Source: Fibrobacteria bacterium (GTDB lineage: Bacteria > Fibrobacterota > Fibrobacteria > UBA11236). From it: a stretch of DNA of 64,000 nt. Of this stretch, positions 9,973 to 20,509 are shown in pieces; position 1 is the stretch's first letter; every line of letters starts with the position of its first letter. The stretch lies in assembly GCA_043745805.1 (NCBI GenBank), contig JAYTSD010000040.1, forward strand, positions 1 through 64,000. Direction: 5' to 3'. The position numbers were made by a program, and so were the translations under genes. The notes beneath the pieces were generated by a model. That model worked only from the letters and a program-made list of their open reading frames with translations, was not told the DNA's origin and searched no databases.

Positions 9973-11107
9973 CGGCTTCCCAAGTATATTGGGAACGATA
10001 ATATTCTATTTGCTGGGTGATTTCTTCAGGTGTTCTTTGTCGTTGCAATTCATTTTCTAAAGCTTTGGCAAATCCATATATGTCACCCGAGGGAATTTGA
10101 ATTCCATAAGCGCCGGCCACTTCAGGGATGGCGCAGGCAGACGTAGTCACAAGTTGTTGGCCCGTAATTAGCGTTTCTAAAATGGCATTTCCAAAAGACT
10201 CCTCTAAACTAGGTAAAAACACCAATCGATGTTGTACAAGTAAGTCACCTAATTGTTCATTACTTACCCAACCGGAGAATTTAATTTTTTCGCTAAGTCC
10301 AAGCTCTTTGGATCGAGAAAGTAATTGTGCGTGTAATGGCCCAGTGCCTGCAAAAGTTAATCCATGTTGTGTACGGAGATTTTCGGGTAATAAGGCATAA
10401 GCTTCAAGCGCATGGTCCGCTCCTTTATTGATTGCGAGCCTACCAAAAAAAAGAATATCTTTTTGATTATTTTCTTGAAACTTATATTGTAAGAAAACGG
10501 GATCTAGCCCATTGGGGATTATTGCGGAACGGGTAGCCTCCAAAGCAAAACAATCTTGTAATTGTTGAAGAGAAAACCGACTTGTACAGGTTACTTTATT
10601 CGCATGGAATATGGCCATGGCGACGGCAACATCTCTAGGCTCAGTGAAAAAAATCTTTAACCAAGTACTCAATTTTTTCCAGTTAAGTCCCGATAGATAA
10701 GCTGGATAAGTGTTGCGACTGGTAAATAAAAACTTTTTTTTGTGAGGAATTAGCCAAAGCAAACTGGCTTCATCACCATTACCATGTATAATAGTATTCA
10801 AATTACTTATACGCTTAATAAGAAAATAATAAAAAATACCATTTAGAAATCGTAAAGGAGAGCTTACTCCAGGTTTAATCCCTAAAAAAAAAGCCCACTG
10901 AATTTTGTAAGGTAGAGTAGCAGGCAGGTTAACCTTTTCCCAAGGCGCTTTGCTATAAACAACACGTACTTCAAATCCTTTTTGGGATAAGGCACTGGCC
11001 AGCATATGGGTAGATTTCTGCCCTCCACCTCGATACTTCGACCAAGGGGAGTAATTACAGGTTAAAATGATATTCACTGTTTTACTTTGCGGCAAACCTA
11101 TCTCCAA
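9938..11107 (-). CDS. Glycosyltransferase family 4 (GT-B)
   Basis: GGGQKS, IIPNGLD, FFGRLAINKG, PSLEESFGNAILE (EX7E). Confidence 0.9.
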   Translation of the reverse strand: MEIGLPQSKTVNIILTCNYSPWSKYRGGGQKSTHMLASALSQKGFEVRVVYSKAPWEKVNLPATLPYKIQWAFFLGIKPGVSSPLRFLNGIFYYFLIKRISNLNTIIHGNGDEASLLWLIPHKKKFLFTSRNTYPAYLSGLNWKKLSTWLKIFFTEPRDVAVAMAIFHANKVTCTSRFSLQQLQDCFALEATRSAIIPNGLDPVFLQYKFQENNQKDILFFGRLAINKGADHALEAYALLPENLRTQHGLTFAGTGPLHAQLLSRSKELGLSEKIKFSGWVSNEQLGDLLVQHRLVFLPSLEESFGNAILETLITGQQLVTTSACAIPEVAGAYGIQIPSGDIYGFAKALENELQRQRTPEEITQQIEYYRSQYTWEAVASLYLQEYEK

Positions 11108-11147
11108 TATTACCTTAAAGGTAATATTTAATTTCTAGAGTTTAAGC

Positions 11148-14100
11148 TTAATACCCTTTTGGCAAAAGAGTAATATCACCTCCCAAGCGCTTATACTCGT
11201 CAAAATATTGTTGAGCTTCTTTTTTCTGATAGCTTTTGTCTGCGCCAAAGCCTGCATAATAATAGGTGAAAGGATCTTCGGGACAAAGGGCTATAATCAT
11301 TCGCGCATTTGCCGCTAAGGCTTGGTAATTTTCGAAAGCAATTTGAATTTTATTTTCTTCCAAATGCAAATCACAGGAGCGAGGGTTTTTTGTTAAGGCT
11401 TCTTTAATTAAATCACGCGCCCCATCCTTTTCTTTTTGTCCAAGTAATACTTCCGTCAAGGCTACTAGGCCAAGTGGAAAATCAGGATCTTTTTCCAAAC
11501 TTTTTTGTGCCCAGATTTCTGCATCCGCAATTTGTCCTTGCTTTAAACATAATGCCGATAAGTCGGCAAAGGTTTCGGGTACATCTGCCGCTTGCACCGA
11601 CTTCAATAAATTTTCTTTGGCGGCATCCACGTTTTTTTCTTTTTCATAAACTTGTGCTAAACCCTGGAAGCCTTTTGCCATAGAGGGGCGATTAGACGAT
11701 TGGGATAAAATTTCAAATTTTACTTTGGCATTAATTAAGTCATTACTTTGCATTAAGGCTAAGCCACTATGATACAAAGCCGAAGGATTGTTTTCTTTGA
11801 TTTCTAAAGAAGTGGAAAATTCTTTCAGAGCGGAAGCATATTGCTTTTGATCCAAATACACTAAACCTAATTGATTATGATATTCAAAATTTTTGTCATC
11901 ATTTTGCACTAAAGATTTCAAAATTTTAAATGCCTTATCACTTTCATGCAAGGCTAAATAAGCTCTTGCTAAAGCTAAGCGTATGGGGGGCTGTGAGGAT
12001 AAAGTAGAACCTTCTAAGAGGCGTTTCGCTTCTGTCGCTTGATTCTGTTGCAAAAATATTTCGGCCATGCCAGCTAAGGCGCGAGGAAGTAGTGTTTTGT
12101 TCAGCACATTTTGATAATAGAGTTTTGCTTTGGGATAATTTTCTTTGATTAACAATGCCTCCGCATAAATACATTGGCCATTGGCGGAAAGTTTTAACTG
12201 TATGGGTTCGAGCATTTCAATTACAGTTTCTACATCCTCACGTTGCAAAAATATATCGGCTAACCCTTCACTATAACTCGGTTCATTGGGATCGAGTTGT
12301 ATGGCTTGGGAAAACATTTCTTCCGCTTTTTCCGCGTTACCTTTTTGCCAAGCCATTTGCCCAAGCCATGCACAAGCCTTGGCATTTCCGGGTTCGGCCA
12401 AGATTAATTCATCCAACACAGGCTCCGCCTGTGTTAGTGTTCCTGAGCTTTCATGTAATTCGACTAAGGCACGTAACAATTCGGGAGCGCGTTCGCCTAA
12501 ATCAAAAGCTTTTTGCAAAGCTTGTTTCGCTTCGGGCTTTTTAGGAATACCATTAAGTGATAATCCAAATTGAGTCCAATAAAATTTATCTTCGGGCGCT
12601 GTTAAAGAAACGCGGCGATATAAGGTAGCTGCCTCAATAAAGTTTTTTTCTTGGAAACGAATTTGAGCAAGTCCCGCAGCTGCTTCAGTATAATTCGAAT
12701 CTAATAATAAGATATCACTATAAGCATTAGGTATTTCTGTGGTGAGCGATAAGCTGCGGGCAATTTCCATTTTCGCAATTGCCACCTGGACATCTTTTCC
12801 ATTTAAGGCAAAGGCTTTTTGATAAGCCTTATAAGCTTCGACTAAATTACCATGCGCCGTATAGCATTCTCCTAAAGATTTATTCGCTTTGGCTAAAATA
12901 GGGCGAGGTTCATTATTGGACTGAGTTAGGCCTAACTTTAATTTGTTTTCAGCCTCCGCATAATCTTTATTTTCGCCGAGCCACAAGCCTAGATATAAAT
13001 TGGCTTTGGGATGGTTAGGTTCTTTTTCCAATAAAATGCCATAATATTCGGCGGCTTTATCAGTTTCTCCTTTGGCGACTAAGGCATTGGCTAATTCAGA
13101 AAGTAAGGCCGTTAAAGAAGCAATATAAGTGGGTGTTTTGGGTTTGAGTTCATCAGCATGGGTAAAATATTCTAAAGCTTTTTCATCAGCATGAATTTTA
13201 TGGGCGGCTAAACCAGTTTTATAAGTTAAATCGGCATCGGAGGGTTGCAAGCGCTGCCAGGCTTCCAAAGCATTTTCCATTTTGCTCACTTCGCTTGATT
13301 TTTCATAAAGCTTGGTCAGTTGTTGCCAAGGAAAAATATCTTCAGGTAAATGAGTGGCCCAAATATTGAGTAACTCTATTGCTACCCCATCTTTATTTAA
13401 GACTATGGCTAAGCGTGCAGCATTTTGGAGAATAGTCATATCCTCCGGAGTTTTTTGTAAAACGGCTAAATACAAATCTAAAGCGCGAGGCGTATTACCT
13501 AGTGCTTTGGCTAAAGCCGATTGAATAGATAATTCTTTGGGAAAGCTTTGATAACCTAGGTTTAAAATATCCACCAAATAGGGCGATTGATTGGCTTCAC
13601 CATATATCAATGCCTTGTCTAAAGCATTGTGTAAGTCTTCGGCCGTAGTGTTTGGTTTTTGCTTAAGATAAACCAAGGCTTCGTAAAAAGCTTTATGCGC
13701 TAAGGCTTTTTTGTTTTGATATGAATACGTTTCAGCAAGTGGCGCCAGCCAATTTTTATCTTGTGCCGATTCTTCGGACATAAATTTTTCATAAATCGCT
13801 AATTTGGGAAAGTCACCTCGACGATAATATTCACGGGAAATAATAATCTTACCCTGACGAAATTGAGGAAAATTTTTCACCATGGTTTCTACAGGCTTTA
13901 ATTCTCCCGAAAATTTATAATTCAATTCGGTTAGTTGGAAGCTGTATTGATTATCAATATTTCTAATACGAGTAAGTAAGCGCAAGGATGTTTCTAGGCT
14001 AGCGGTATCTTTTTGTGACATGGCTAGGCGATGAAAGGCTTTTAAAGCGGGGATATCCTCGGAGTTGCGTCCCACCCATTGCCCATAAGCGTTTAGTGCT

Positions 14101-17100
14101 TCGGAAAATTTTCCATTTTTATCATAAATTTGTGCGAGTTGAAGTTGAGAATTTTTGTGTGCGGGGCTTTGCTCCACAATTTTTTCTAAAGCACTAATGT
14201 ATTTTGCTTGGTCTTTAGTTTTAGTATAAAGCATTACTAAGGTATCGAGTAATTCTAAACGACCCGGTTCCCGCTTGCTGCGTTCGGCATAAATGGGGGC
14301 GGCTTTAGCGAATTGATTTACTCGCCAATAGGTTTCGCCGGCCCAAGGATAAATATCCTCTTGTGATTTTGGATCGGCATAGGTAATGTCCCAAACCTTT
14401 GCAGAAGAAACATAATCCCCATTGAAAAAATAAGCTTTAGCCAAATTCTTTTTTTCTTCGATATAAGGTTGATGGCGATTTAAAAATTCAAATAAAGCTA
14501 AACCCTCTTTAACGGCTTTATCACTACGGAAAGTTTGGGCATAGGTGCGTGCATATTCCAAGTTATCGGGCTCCAATTTATAGGCCTTTGCAAAACTTTG
14601 TATGGCTAATTCGGTAACGCCTAAATGATGGCGACATTGGCCAAAGCGATACCAAGCAAGTGCATTTTTAGGTTGTGCCGCAGTAACTTCATTTAAAAGT
14701 TTTGCAGCTTCGCGATAATTTTTGCGATCAAAATGAAAGTAAGCGAGTTTTAATAAATGCCCACTGCGACCGGCGGTATCTAGCTCTGCAAGTTTTTCTA
14801 AAACCACCACGTAACTTACACGTTGCTCAGGTTTTTTGTCTACCAAGGGTAAGAGTATTTGATAGGCTCTCAATTCATTCGCATGCGTGGTGAGGCAGGT
14901 ACGAATATTGGTGAGCGCCGAAGCCGTATCCTTAGCGCGCAAATCGAGATCGGCTAAGCGTAAGAGGCCGCCGGCATTGTCTTTGTCTACCGCCAAAAGA
15001 AGTTGTAAGGATTTGCGAATAGCGCTTTCCTCCTTATGCGTTTTTTCAAAGGACATAATTTGACATTGTCGAATTTCCCGATCGAAATCTTGATTGAGGT
15101 CAAAGTATTTTTCGGTAAGGTCGGCGGTTAAGTTAAAATTTTTACCTTGAAATAAAGCTAAGATGGCGTCGCGTTTACCGATTAATCTTTTGGAATCAAG
15201 TGCTTGAATAAGCGAATAGTATTTAGCAGAATTATCCCATTGTTGTTTTAAAGCATAACCATGCGCGAGTAAATAATATAAATCCGCATTTTGTACATCA
15301 CTTTTATGGGTTTCGGGACGTTCGGCAATTTCATTTAATAGCGCAAAGTGCTTGAGTATTTGTTCATCACTATGAATGGTACGTGGTAAAAGATTTTGAT
15401 AATTATGATTTTGTGGACTTTGTTCCAAGGCCGAGCTGGCATAGGCATAAGCCCTTTCTTTATTTTTTTGTTGCCAATAAATTTTGGCTAACTCAAATTG
15501 CGCTTCATGTGCACTGGTATCCAAACTTTGCATTTCATTTAAAACTTCTGCCAACTGTTCTTTTTGTTCAGGGCGATGTAATAGCGCAATCATCTTTTCG
15601 CGAATAGCCTTGTCTTTAGGATTCAAATACAGCGCTGCGCGATAATAGCCAATCGCCTTATCAAATTTTTGTAGACCTTCATAAAGACCGGCGAGTTGCA
15701 ATAAAATAGCACTATTGCCTGCATCTTGTGCATATAGGCCTTCTAAGGCATGTACCAATTTTAATTTATCGTTTTGTTTAGTATAAATTTCCACCAAGTT
15801 TTTCCAAGGTTTCAAATCTTGCGATTTGAGTTTGGCATATTGTTCATACCATTTTGCTGCTAAATCTAAACGTTGTAAGTTTTTTGCTAATTCGGCACTA
15901 CTGACTATCCATTCCAAATTATTCGGTTGTTTTTGTAATAAGGTTTGATACACCGTTAAGGCTTGATTAGTTTGCCCTAAAGATTTGGCATACGTCAATT
16001 GTAAATCTTCGTCTTGTCCAAAAGATTCGGCACCTAATTGCAAAATGGCTTTTAAATGTGGGCTTTGATGGTCTATGGCAAAAGTGTATACTTTTTCATA
16101 AAGGTCTCTATCCTTTTTGTGAAATAGTAAAACGTCGAAATAAATTTGATTAGCTAAAGGATATTTTTTTTGATAAGCATAGATGTCACCCAACGCCTCG
16201 AGTAAATCGGGTGTAGTTTTACTTTCTTCAATCACAAAATTCAACAAGGGAGCGAGCTTGTCTAAAGCACGTTTTTCATGATATTCGCGCACCAAAATTA
16301 ATTTCCCCTTACGATAATTAGGATATTTAATACTTAATTCTTCGATGTCTTGTAATTCACCGCTGCGACTATAATAAATTTCAGCCAGTTGAAATTGGTA
16401 TTGCGGATCTGCATTTTTTATTTTTCCTAAATAGCGTAATGCTTCAATAAGACTGGTGGTGTCTTTATATTTTTCAGCGAGCTTTTGATAGGCGATTAAG
16501 GTTGGCACATCATCTTCATGTCGCAATGCCCAATCCCCATAATAATGCAGTGCTTCAGGAATTAAGCCGGCTTTTTCTTTTTCTTTGGCTAAACGCAATA
16601 AATAATCTTCATGCATAAAATCTTCTTGCACCACTTTTTCCATCATGGCAATTTGCTTGGGTTTATTGCCTTCTCTTTGATAAATATCGGAGAGCGAGGT
16701 CATCACCTCTAAGTCATGGCTATTTTCTTGTAAGCGTTTTTCTAAAAGGGGTCTAGCTTTGGCTGTGGCACCGAGCTTCAAATAGGTTTTGGCCGCCAAG
16801 GTGTCGGAGACAGCGATATTATTTGCATTGCTTAAAAACCAATCCCATTCGGCTCCAGCGGAGGCATATTCACCTCGTAATGAATAGGCACGGGCCAGTT
16901 TTTGTCGCTCTTCAATTTTAGGATTATCGCGACGTAACATTTGTAATACTGGTATATTTGCGGTTAACTGTTCGTCTTTTACCAGAAGTATGGCAAAGGC
17001 GCGTGCATATTCGGTTTGTGTGGGCGCTAATTGACAGGCTTTTTGATAACATTCAAAAGCATTGTCGCGACCTAATTTGGCATAGCTTTGACCCAAACGA

Positions 17101-19124
17101 AACCACACTTTAGCATCACCCGGAAAGACTTCGCTGAGTTTGGAATACGATTCAACCGCACCAGGAAAGTTACCCTGCTGAAATAAAAATTCAGCGCGCT
17201 TTTGTTCATATTGATTTTGCAAACTCGGTTCTAGGCGCACCAAATTATCGAGGATTTGCAAATAAAACTCTTCTTGCCCTTTTTTACTTACCGATAAAGG
17301 TTCTAGGAGATGATAGGCTTTTTTGTCATCCGGATATTGTCGCAACCAAGCTTGCCCATGCTGTAAAGCACCGGCACTATCCTTGGCATCCAAATCCAAT
17401 TCTGCCAAACGTAACAGCCATTTATCCTCTGCGGGATCTTCGAAAAGTAAATCTTGAATGGCTTTACGTAATTTGGTTGGGGGAACATTATTTTGTGCGA
17501 GCGACGCTACCCAAATTTGGCGAATCTCTAAATCTTTGGGATGAACCTTGGTATAATTTTCTGAGAGAGGTCCAGCAAGTGTATAATTTTTTTCGGTAAA
17601 CACTTCTAGTATGGGCTGACGTAAACTATCGAGCATTTTAGGTGCTAAGCGATAAACTTCGGCAATGGCTTCCGCAGAGCGAGGATGATTTTTAAAACGT
17701 GCATAGCCGCGCGCCAACAATAAATATAGCTCAGGAGAGTTATTCCCTTTTTGGGCCAAGGTTTGTAAAGTGGGAAAATGCTTAATTAATTGCTCTTCGG
17801 TATGAATAACCAGAGGTAACAACAAAGTGTATTCGGTATGGCTGGGCGCATTCGCTAAAGCGCGTTTCAAATATTTATAGGCATTATCGCGATCATTTTT
17901 TTTCTGAAAAATTTGTGCCAGTTGAAATTGTAAGGCATGATCTTTTGGATTTTTTGCTTCGGTTTTTTGTAAAGTTTCTAACCATGATCCCTGCTCTTTT
18001 TGTAAAGGACCCAAAGCCAATAATTTTTCTTTAGCTCCAGCGTGATTAGGATTTAAATGTAAAACGCCTTGATAGGCTTCTATCGCCTTATCCAATTGCT
18101 TATTTTCTTCATAGCGTTTAGCGAGTTCTAAAAGTGGATCGGCTTCTTTAGGTGCAAGGTTTTGTACAATTTCTAAATAATGAATGGCTTTATTGCGATC
18201 AAATTTTTGCCATAACGTGGCTAAATGCTGATTGAATTTAATATCCGTGGAAAAATTAGGTGCCAGCATTTCACAGAGTTCTACCGCCTTTTTAAAATCG
18301 CCTTTACTTTCTAATAAGCCCACCATTTTTTTTGCATTACCAATTTCTTGTGGAGCCAAAGCCAAAACGCGTGCACGCAATTCCAAGGCGCGAGGAGCCT
18401 CTCCATATAAATCGGCTAACTCTAAAGCGACTTTACTTTCTTCTGGAGTATTGCTGCTAGCGAGTTTTTTGTATTGCAATTCCAATAAGGGTAATAGTTT
18501 TTCTTTTTGTAATGGATGTCGATAACTTTGTGCCAAAAATTCCAAACCCGCTTCGACCTTAGGGTAACGTAAACGATACGCTTCAAATTCCTTCACTGCG
18601 TCTGCTTTTTTGCCTGCTTCTTGCAAAGTTAACGCGTATTTTTCCCAATCCTCTTGCAGCATGGGAGCCGGTATTTTTTGAAAATAAGGTAATGCTTTAC
18701 GATATTCTTTTTGTTCATAAAAACTTAAGGCTAATAAACGATTGGCAATGGGACTTAAGCGTTTGAGTTTGGCAAAATAAGCTTCGGCTAAGGCGAAATC
18801 ATTTTTTTGAAATTGAATTATGCCCGCCACTTCAAGTAAGGTAGGGTTGTCAGGCTGACTATATAAACGAGTTTCTACTTGGGATAAAAATGAGGGTAAA
18901 TCTAAATTTTTGAAATTTAAAGCTTGTACGGCGCGTGAGCTTTGCACAAAAGCGGGATCCTCTTCGCGTTTTGCACCTTCACTCTTAGGGGTTTTTGTTA
19001 CCCCACTTTCGGCATTTTTACTACCGGCAAAAGTAGGTGAAAATGCTAAAACCCCAATAGCAATCGCTAACAATGCAGACCAGGTAGAATTTGGGGTTTG
19101 TATGGAAATTCGGGGATAGGACAT
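11148..19124 (-). CDS. Giant exported TPR-repeat protein (2658 aa)
   Basis: Signal peptide (..GVLAFSPTFA); continuous TPR-like helical repeats (e.g. AIEAYQGVLHLNPNH, ALAWYRFGQC..LGVTELAIQSFAKAYKLEPDN); SD AAGGAGG upstream. Confidence 0.88.
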   Translation of the reverse strand: MSYPRISIQTPNSTWSALLAIAIGVLAFSPTFAGSKNAESGVTKTPKSEGAKREEDPAFVQSSRAVQALNFKNLDLPSFLSQVETRLYSQPDNPTLLEVAGIIQFQKNDFALAEAYFAKLKRLSPIANRLLALSFYEQKEYRKALPYFQKIPAPMLQEDWEKYALTLQEAGKKADAVKEFEAYRLRYPKVEAGLEFLAQSYRHPLQKEKLLPLLELQYKKLASSNTPEESKVALELADLYGEAPRALELRARVLALAPQEIGNAKKMVGLLESKGDFKKAVELCEMLAPNFSTDIKFNQHLATLWQKFDRNKAIHYLEIVQNLAPKEADPLLELAKRYEENKQLDKAIEAYQGVLHLNPNHAGAKEKLLALGPLQKEQGSWLETLQKTEAKNPKDHALQFQLAQIFQKKNDRDNAYKYLKRALANAPSHTEYTLLLPLVIHTEEQLIKHFPTLQTLAQKGNNSPELYLLLARGYARFKNHPRSAEAIAEVYRLAPKMLDSLRQPILEVFTEKNYTLAGPLSENYTKVHPKDLEIRQIWVASLAQNNVPPTKLRKAIQDLLFEDPAEDKWLLRLAELDLDAKDSAGALQHGQAWLRQYPDDKKAYHLLEPLSVSKKGQEEFYLQILDNLVRLEPSLQNQYEQKRAEFLFQQGNFPGAVESYSKLSEVFPGDAKVWFRLGQSYAKLGRDNAFECYQKACQLAPTQTEYARAFAILLVKDEQLTANIPVLQMLRRDNPKIEERQKLARAYSLRGEYASAGAEWDWFLSNANNIAVSDTLAAKTYLKLGATAKARPLLEKRLQENSHDLEVMTSLSDIYQREGNKPKQIAMMEKVVQEDFMHEDYLLRLAKEKEKAGLIPEALHYYGDWALRHEDDVPTLIAYQKLAEKYKDTTSLIEALRYLGKIKNADPQYQFQLAEIYYSRSGELQDIEELSIKYPNYRKGKLILVREYHEKRALDKLAPLLNFVIEESKTTPDLLEALGDIYAYQKKYPLANQIYFDVLLFHKKDRDLYEKVYTFAIDHQSPHLKAILQLGAESFGQDEDLQLTYAKSLGQTNQALTVYQTLLQKQPNNLEWIVSSAELAKNLQRLDLAAKWYEQYAKLKSQDLKPWKNLVEIYTKQNDKLKLVHALEGLYAQDAGNSAILLQLAGLYEGLQKFDKAIGYYRAALYLNPKDKAIREKMIALLHRPEQKEQLAEVLNEMQSLDTSAHEAQFELAKIYWQQKNKERAYAYASSALEQSPQNHNYQNLLPRTIHSDEQILKHFALLNEIAERPETHKSDVQNADLYYLLAHGYALKQQWDNSAKYYSLIQALDSKRLIGKRDAILALFQGKNFNLTADLTEKYFDLNQDFDREIRQCQIMSFEKTHKEESAIRKSLQLLLAVDKDNAGGLLRLADLDLRAKDTASALTNIRTCLTTHANELRAYQILLPLVDKKPEQRVSYVVVLEKLAELDTAGRSGHLLKLAYFHFDRKNYREAAKLLNEVTAAQPKNALAWYRFGQCRHHLGVTELAIQSFAKAYKLEPDNLEYARTYAQTFRSDKAVKEGLALFEFLNRHQPYIEEKKNLAKAYFFNGDYVSSAKVWDITYADPKSQEDIYPWAGETYWRVNQFAKAAPIYAERSKREPGRLELLDTLVMLYTKTKDQAKYISALEKIVEQSPAHKNSQLQLAQIYDKNGKFSEALNAYGQWVGRNSEDIPALKAFHRLAMSQKDTASLETSLRLLTRIRNIDNQYSFQLTELNYKFSGELKPVETMVKNFPQFRQGKIIISREYYRRGDFPKLAIYEKFMSEESAQDKNWLAPLAETYSYQNKKALAHKAFYEALVYLKQKPNTTAEDLHNALDKALIYGEANQSPYLVDILNLGYQSFPKELSIQSALAKALGNTPRALDLYLAVLQKTPEDMTILQNAARLAIVLNKDGVAIELLNIWATHLPEDIFPWQQLTKLYEKSSEVSKMENALEAWQRLQPSDADLTYKTGLAAHKIHADEKALEYFTHADELKPKTPTYIASLTALLSELANALVAKGETDKAAEYYGILLEKEPNHPKANLYLGLWLGENKDYAEAENKLKLGLTQSNNEPRPILAKANKSLGECYTAHGNLVEAYKAYQKAFALNGKDVQVAIAKMEIARSLSLTTEIPNAYSDILLLDSNYTEAAAGLAQIRFQEKNFIEAATLYRRVSLTAPEDKFYWTQFGLSLNGIPKKPEAKQALQKAFDLGERAPELLRALVELHESSGTLTQAEPVLDELILAEPGNAKACAWLGQMAWQKGNAEKAEEMFSQAIQLDPNEPSYSEGLADIFLQREDVETVIEMLEPIQLKLSANGQCIYAEALLIKENYPKAKLYYQNVLNKTLLPRALAGMAEIFLQQNQATEAKRLLEGSTLSSQPPIRLALARAYLALHESDKAFKILKSLVQNDDKNFEYHNQLGLVYLDQKQYASALKEFSTSLEIKENNPSALYHSGLALMQSNDLINAKVKFEILSQSSNRPSMAKGFQGLAQVYEKEKNVDAAKENLLKSVQAADVPETFADLSALCLKQGQIADAEIWAQKSLEKDPDFPLGLVALTEVLLGQKEKDGARDLIKEALTKNPRSCDLHLEENKIQIAFENYQALAANARMIIALCPEDPFTYYYAGFGADKSYQKKEAQQYFDEYKRLGGDITLLPKGY

Positions 19125-19296
19125 ATTCCTCCTTAAAGATAACGTTTGGTTTTAGCTTAAATTTTGCTTTAAACCAGTGCTCAATTATCTCACAAACCTT
19201 TTTCTATCGCAAGCAACATCATTTTTGATTGTTTCGGTTTCTTTGTAAAATTTGGGTCGCAACCGCTAATCAATATGGTTTATAATCCAAATACGC

Positions 19297-19530
19297 ATGG
19301 AAACAATTTTTGATCATAATCCCAGCCCTGAAGAATTACGTTATTTGTTCCTTTCCGGTCAAAGCAAAGAAGAATATTTGCAAAGTCGTACGGATCAAGA
19401 AAACGAATATGGAAATATTTATGCCCTATATTTATTGCGGGGAAAAAGAGAACAAGCCTTGCAATATTTGGAGCGCATTCGCGATCCTAAAAGCAGTTTT
19501 CGCGGAAGTAATGGAATAACCGGCCAATAA
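19297..19530 (+). CDS. Small hypothetical protein (77 aa)
   Basis: ATG start 10 nt after TATAAT (19281-19286). Helical composition with a single TPR-like C-terminal pattern (IYALYLLRGKREQALQYLERI). Confidence 0.55.
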   Translation: METIFDHNPSPEELRYLFLSGQSKEEYLQSRTDQENEYGNIYALYLLRGKREQALQYLERIRDPKSSFRGSNGITGQ

Positions 19531-19573
19531 TCCATGTGGGAAAGTCTCTGAAGAAGGTTTAAAAAGGAATACC

Positions 19574-20344
19574 ATGCTAGCTTTAATTGATACACCGGCA
19601 GCGCTAGACGATTTAGACAAACAATGTCGGAAATTGGCTAGGGAATTGCATAAAGCTTGGCCCGAAGCTGGCGAAAAGCGCATTTTATCTCAGCATGTAG
19701 ATCTATTACGAGAGTTTCCCAGTACCTGGATATTTATTCATAAAGGGGTTTTTCAATTTTTAGACCGCGATAAAAACGTACGCTTTTATTCCCAAGGCGA
19801 TTGGTTACCAGCTTTTCCAGCTAGCGATAATGTGAGAGTTATCAGTGAATTTGGATCCGAAATCGAAATTTTTGGCGAACAAAGTGTGGCAGCCACTTTA
19901 TCCTCTCAGCCCGCATTAATTGCCCAATGGTTGCGTTATCAAGCCATGCAAGAACGTATTGCCCATATGCTTTGTGCTTTGCATATGCCGGCGCCTGTTC
20001 AATGCGCAGTGCGTATTCAACCCTTTAGCGCGGGAGAGCTTATTTTCAAGGAAGGTGATGAGCCTACGGGTATTTATGAAATGGTACAAGGGGAAGCGGA
20101 TGTTACCGCCAAAGGCCATTTGATTTCAGCGATTGGCGAGAGGCAAATTTTTGGTGAGCTGAGTTTTTTCATGGGAACCCATCGTAACGCAACTGTTACC
20201 GCAAAAACCGATTGTCTGGTGCAAATCATAGAACAAAAAGATTTTTTAGCCTTAATGCAAAGACGCCCTTCTATGGTGAATAATGTAATCCACACTTTAT
20301 GTGCGCGGCTTTTGGAAGTCGATAGACAATTGATTGGGAATTGA
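19574..20344 (+). CDS. Cyclic-nucleotide-binding domain protein without HTH
   Basis: C-terminal cNMP domain: FSAGELIFKEGD, IYEMVQGEADV, FGELSF..HRNATVTA. SD AAGGAA. The N-terminal half looks like a degenerate cNMP fold. Confidence 0.8.
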   Translation: MLALIDTPAALDDLDKQCRKLARELHKAWPEAGEKRILSQHVDLLREFPSTWIFIHKGVFQFLDRDKNVRFYSQGDWLPAFPASDNVRVISEFGSEIEIFGEQSVAATLSSQPALIAQWLRYQAMQERIAHMLCALHMPAPVQCAVRIQPFSAGELIFKEGDEPTGIYEMVQGEADVTAKGHLISAIGERQIFGELSFFMGTHRNATVTAKTDCLVQIIEQKDFLALMQRRPSMVNNVIHTLCARLLEVDRQLIGN

Positions 20345-20441
20345 TGGGCTATGGATCGGTTTATGGACCATATATCGCCTAGAATTCCTAAAGATTTTCA
20401 CTCCTTCAGCAAACTTATGTAAAATCCCTGCGACTCAACCC

Positions 20442-20470
20442 TTGACGGCTGGTCACCCCTTAGCTAAAAT
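20442..20470 (+). promoter_or_regulatory. sigma70 promoter for the tRNA pair
   Basis: TTGACG (20442-47), 17 nt spacer, TAAAAT (20465-70), followed by a GC-rich discriminator (TTGCCCCTGC) typical of stable-RNA promoters. Confidence 0.8.
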
Positions 20471-20509
20471 TTGCCCCTGCTCAGAAAAAGGGCAGGAAAT
20501 TCTGGTTTC

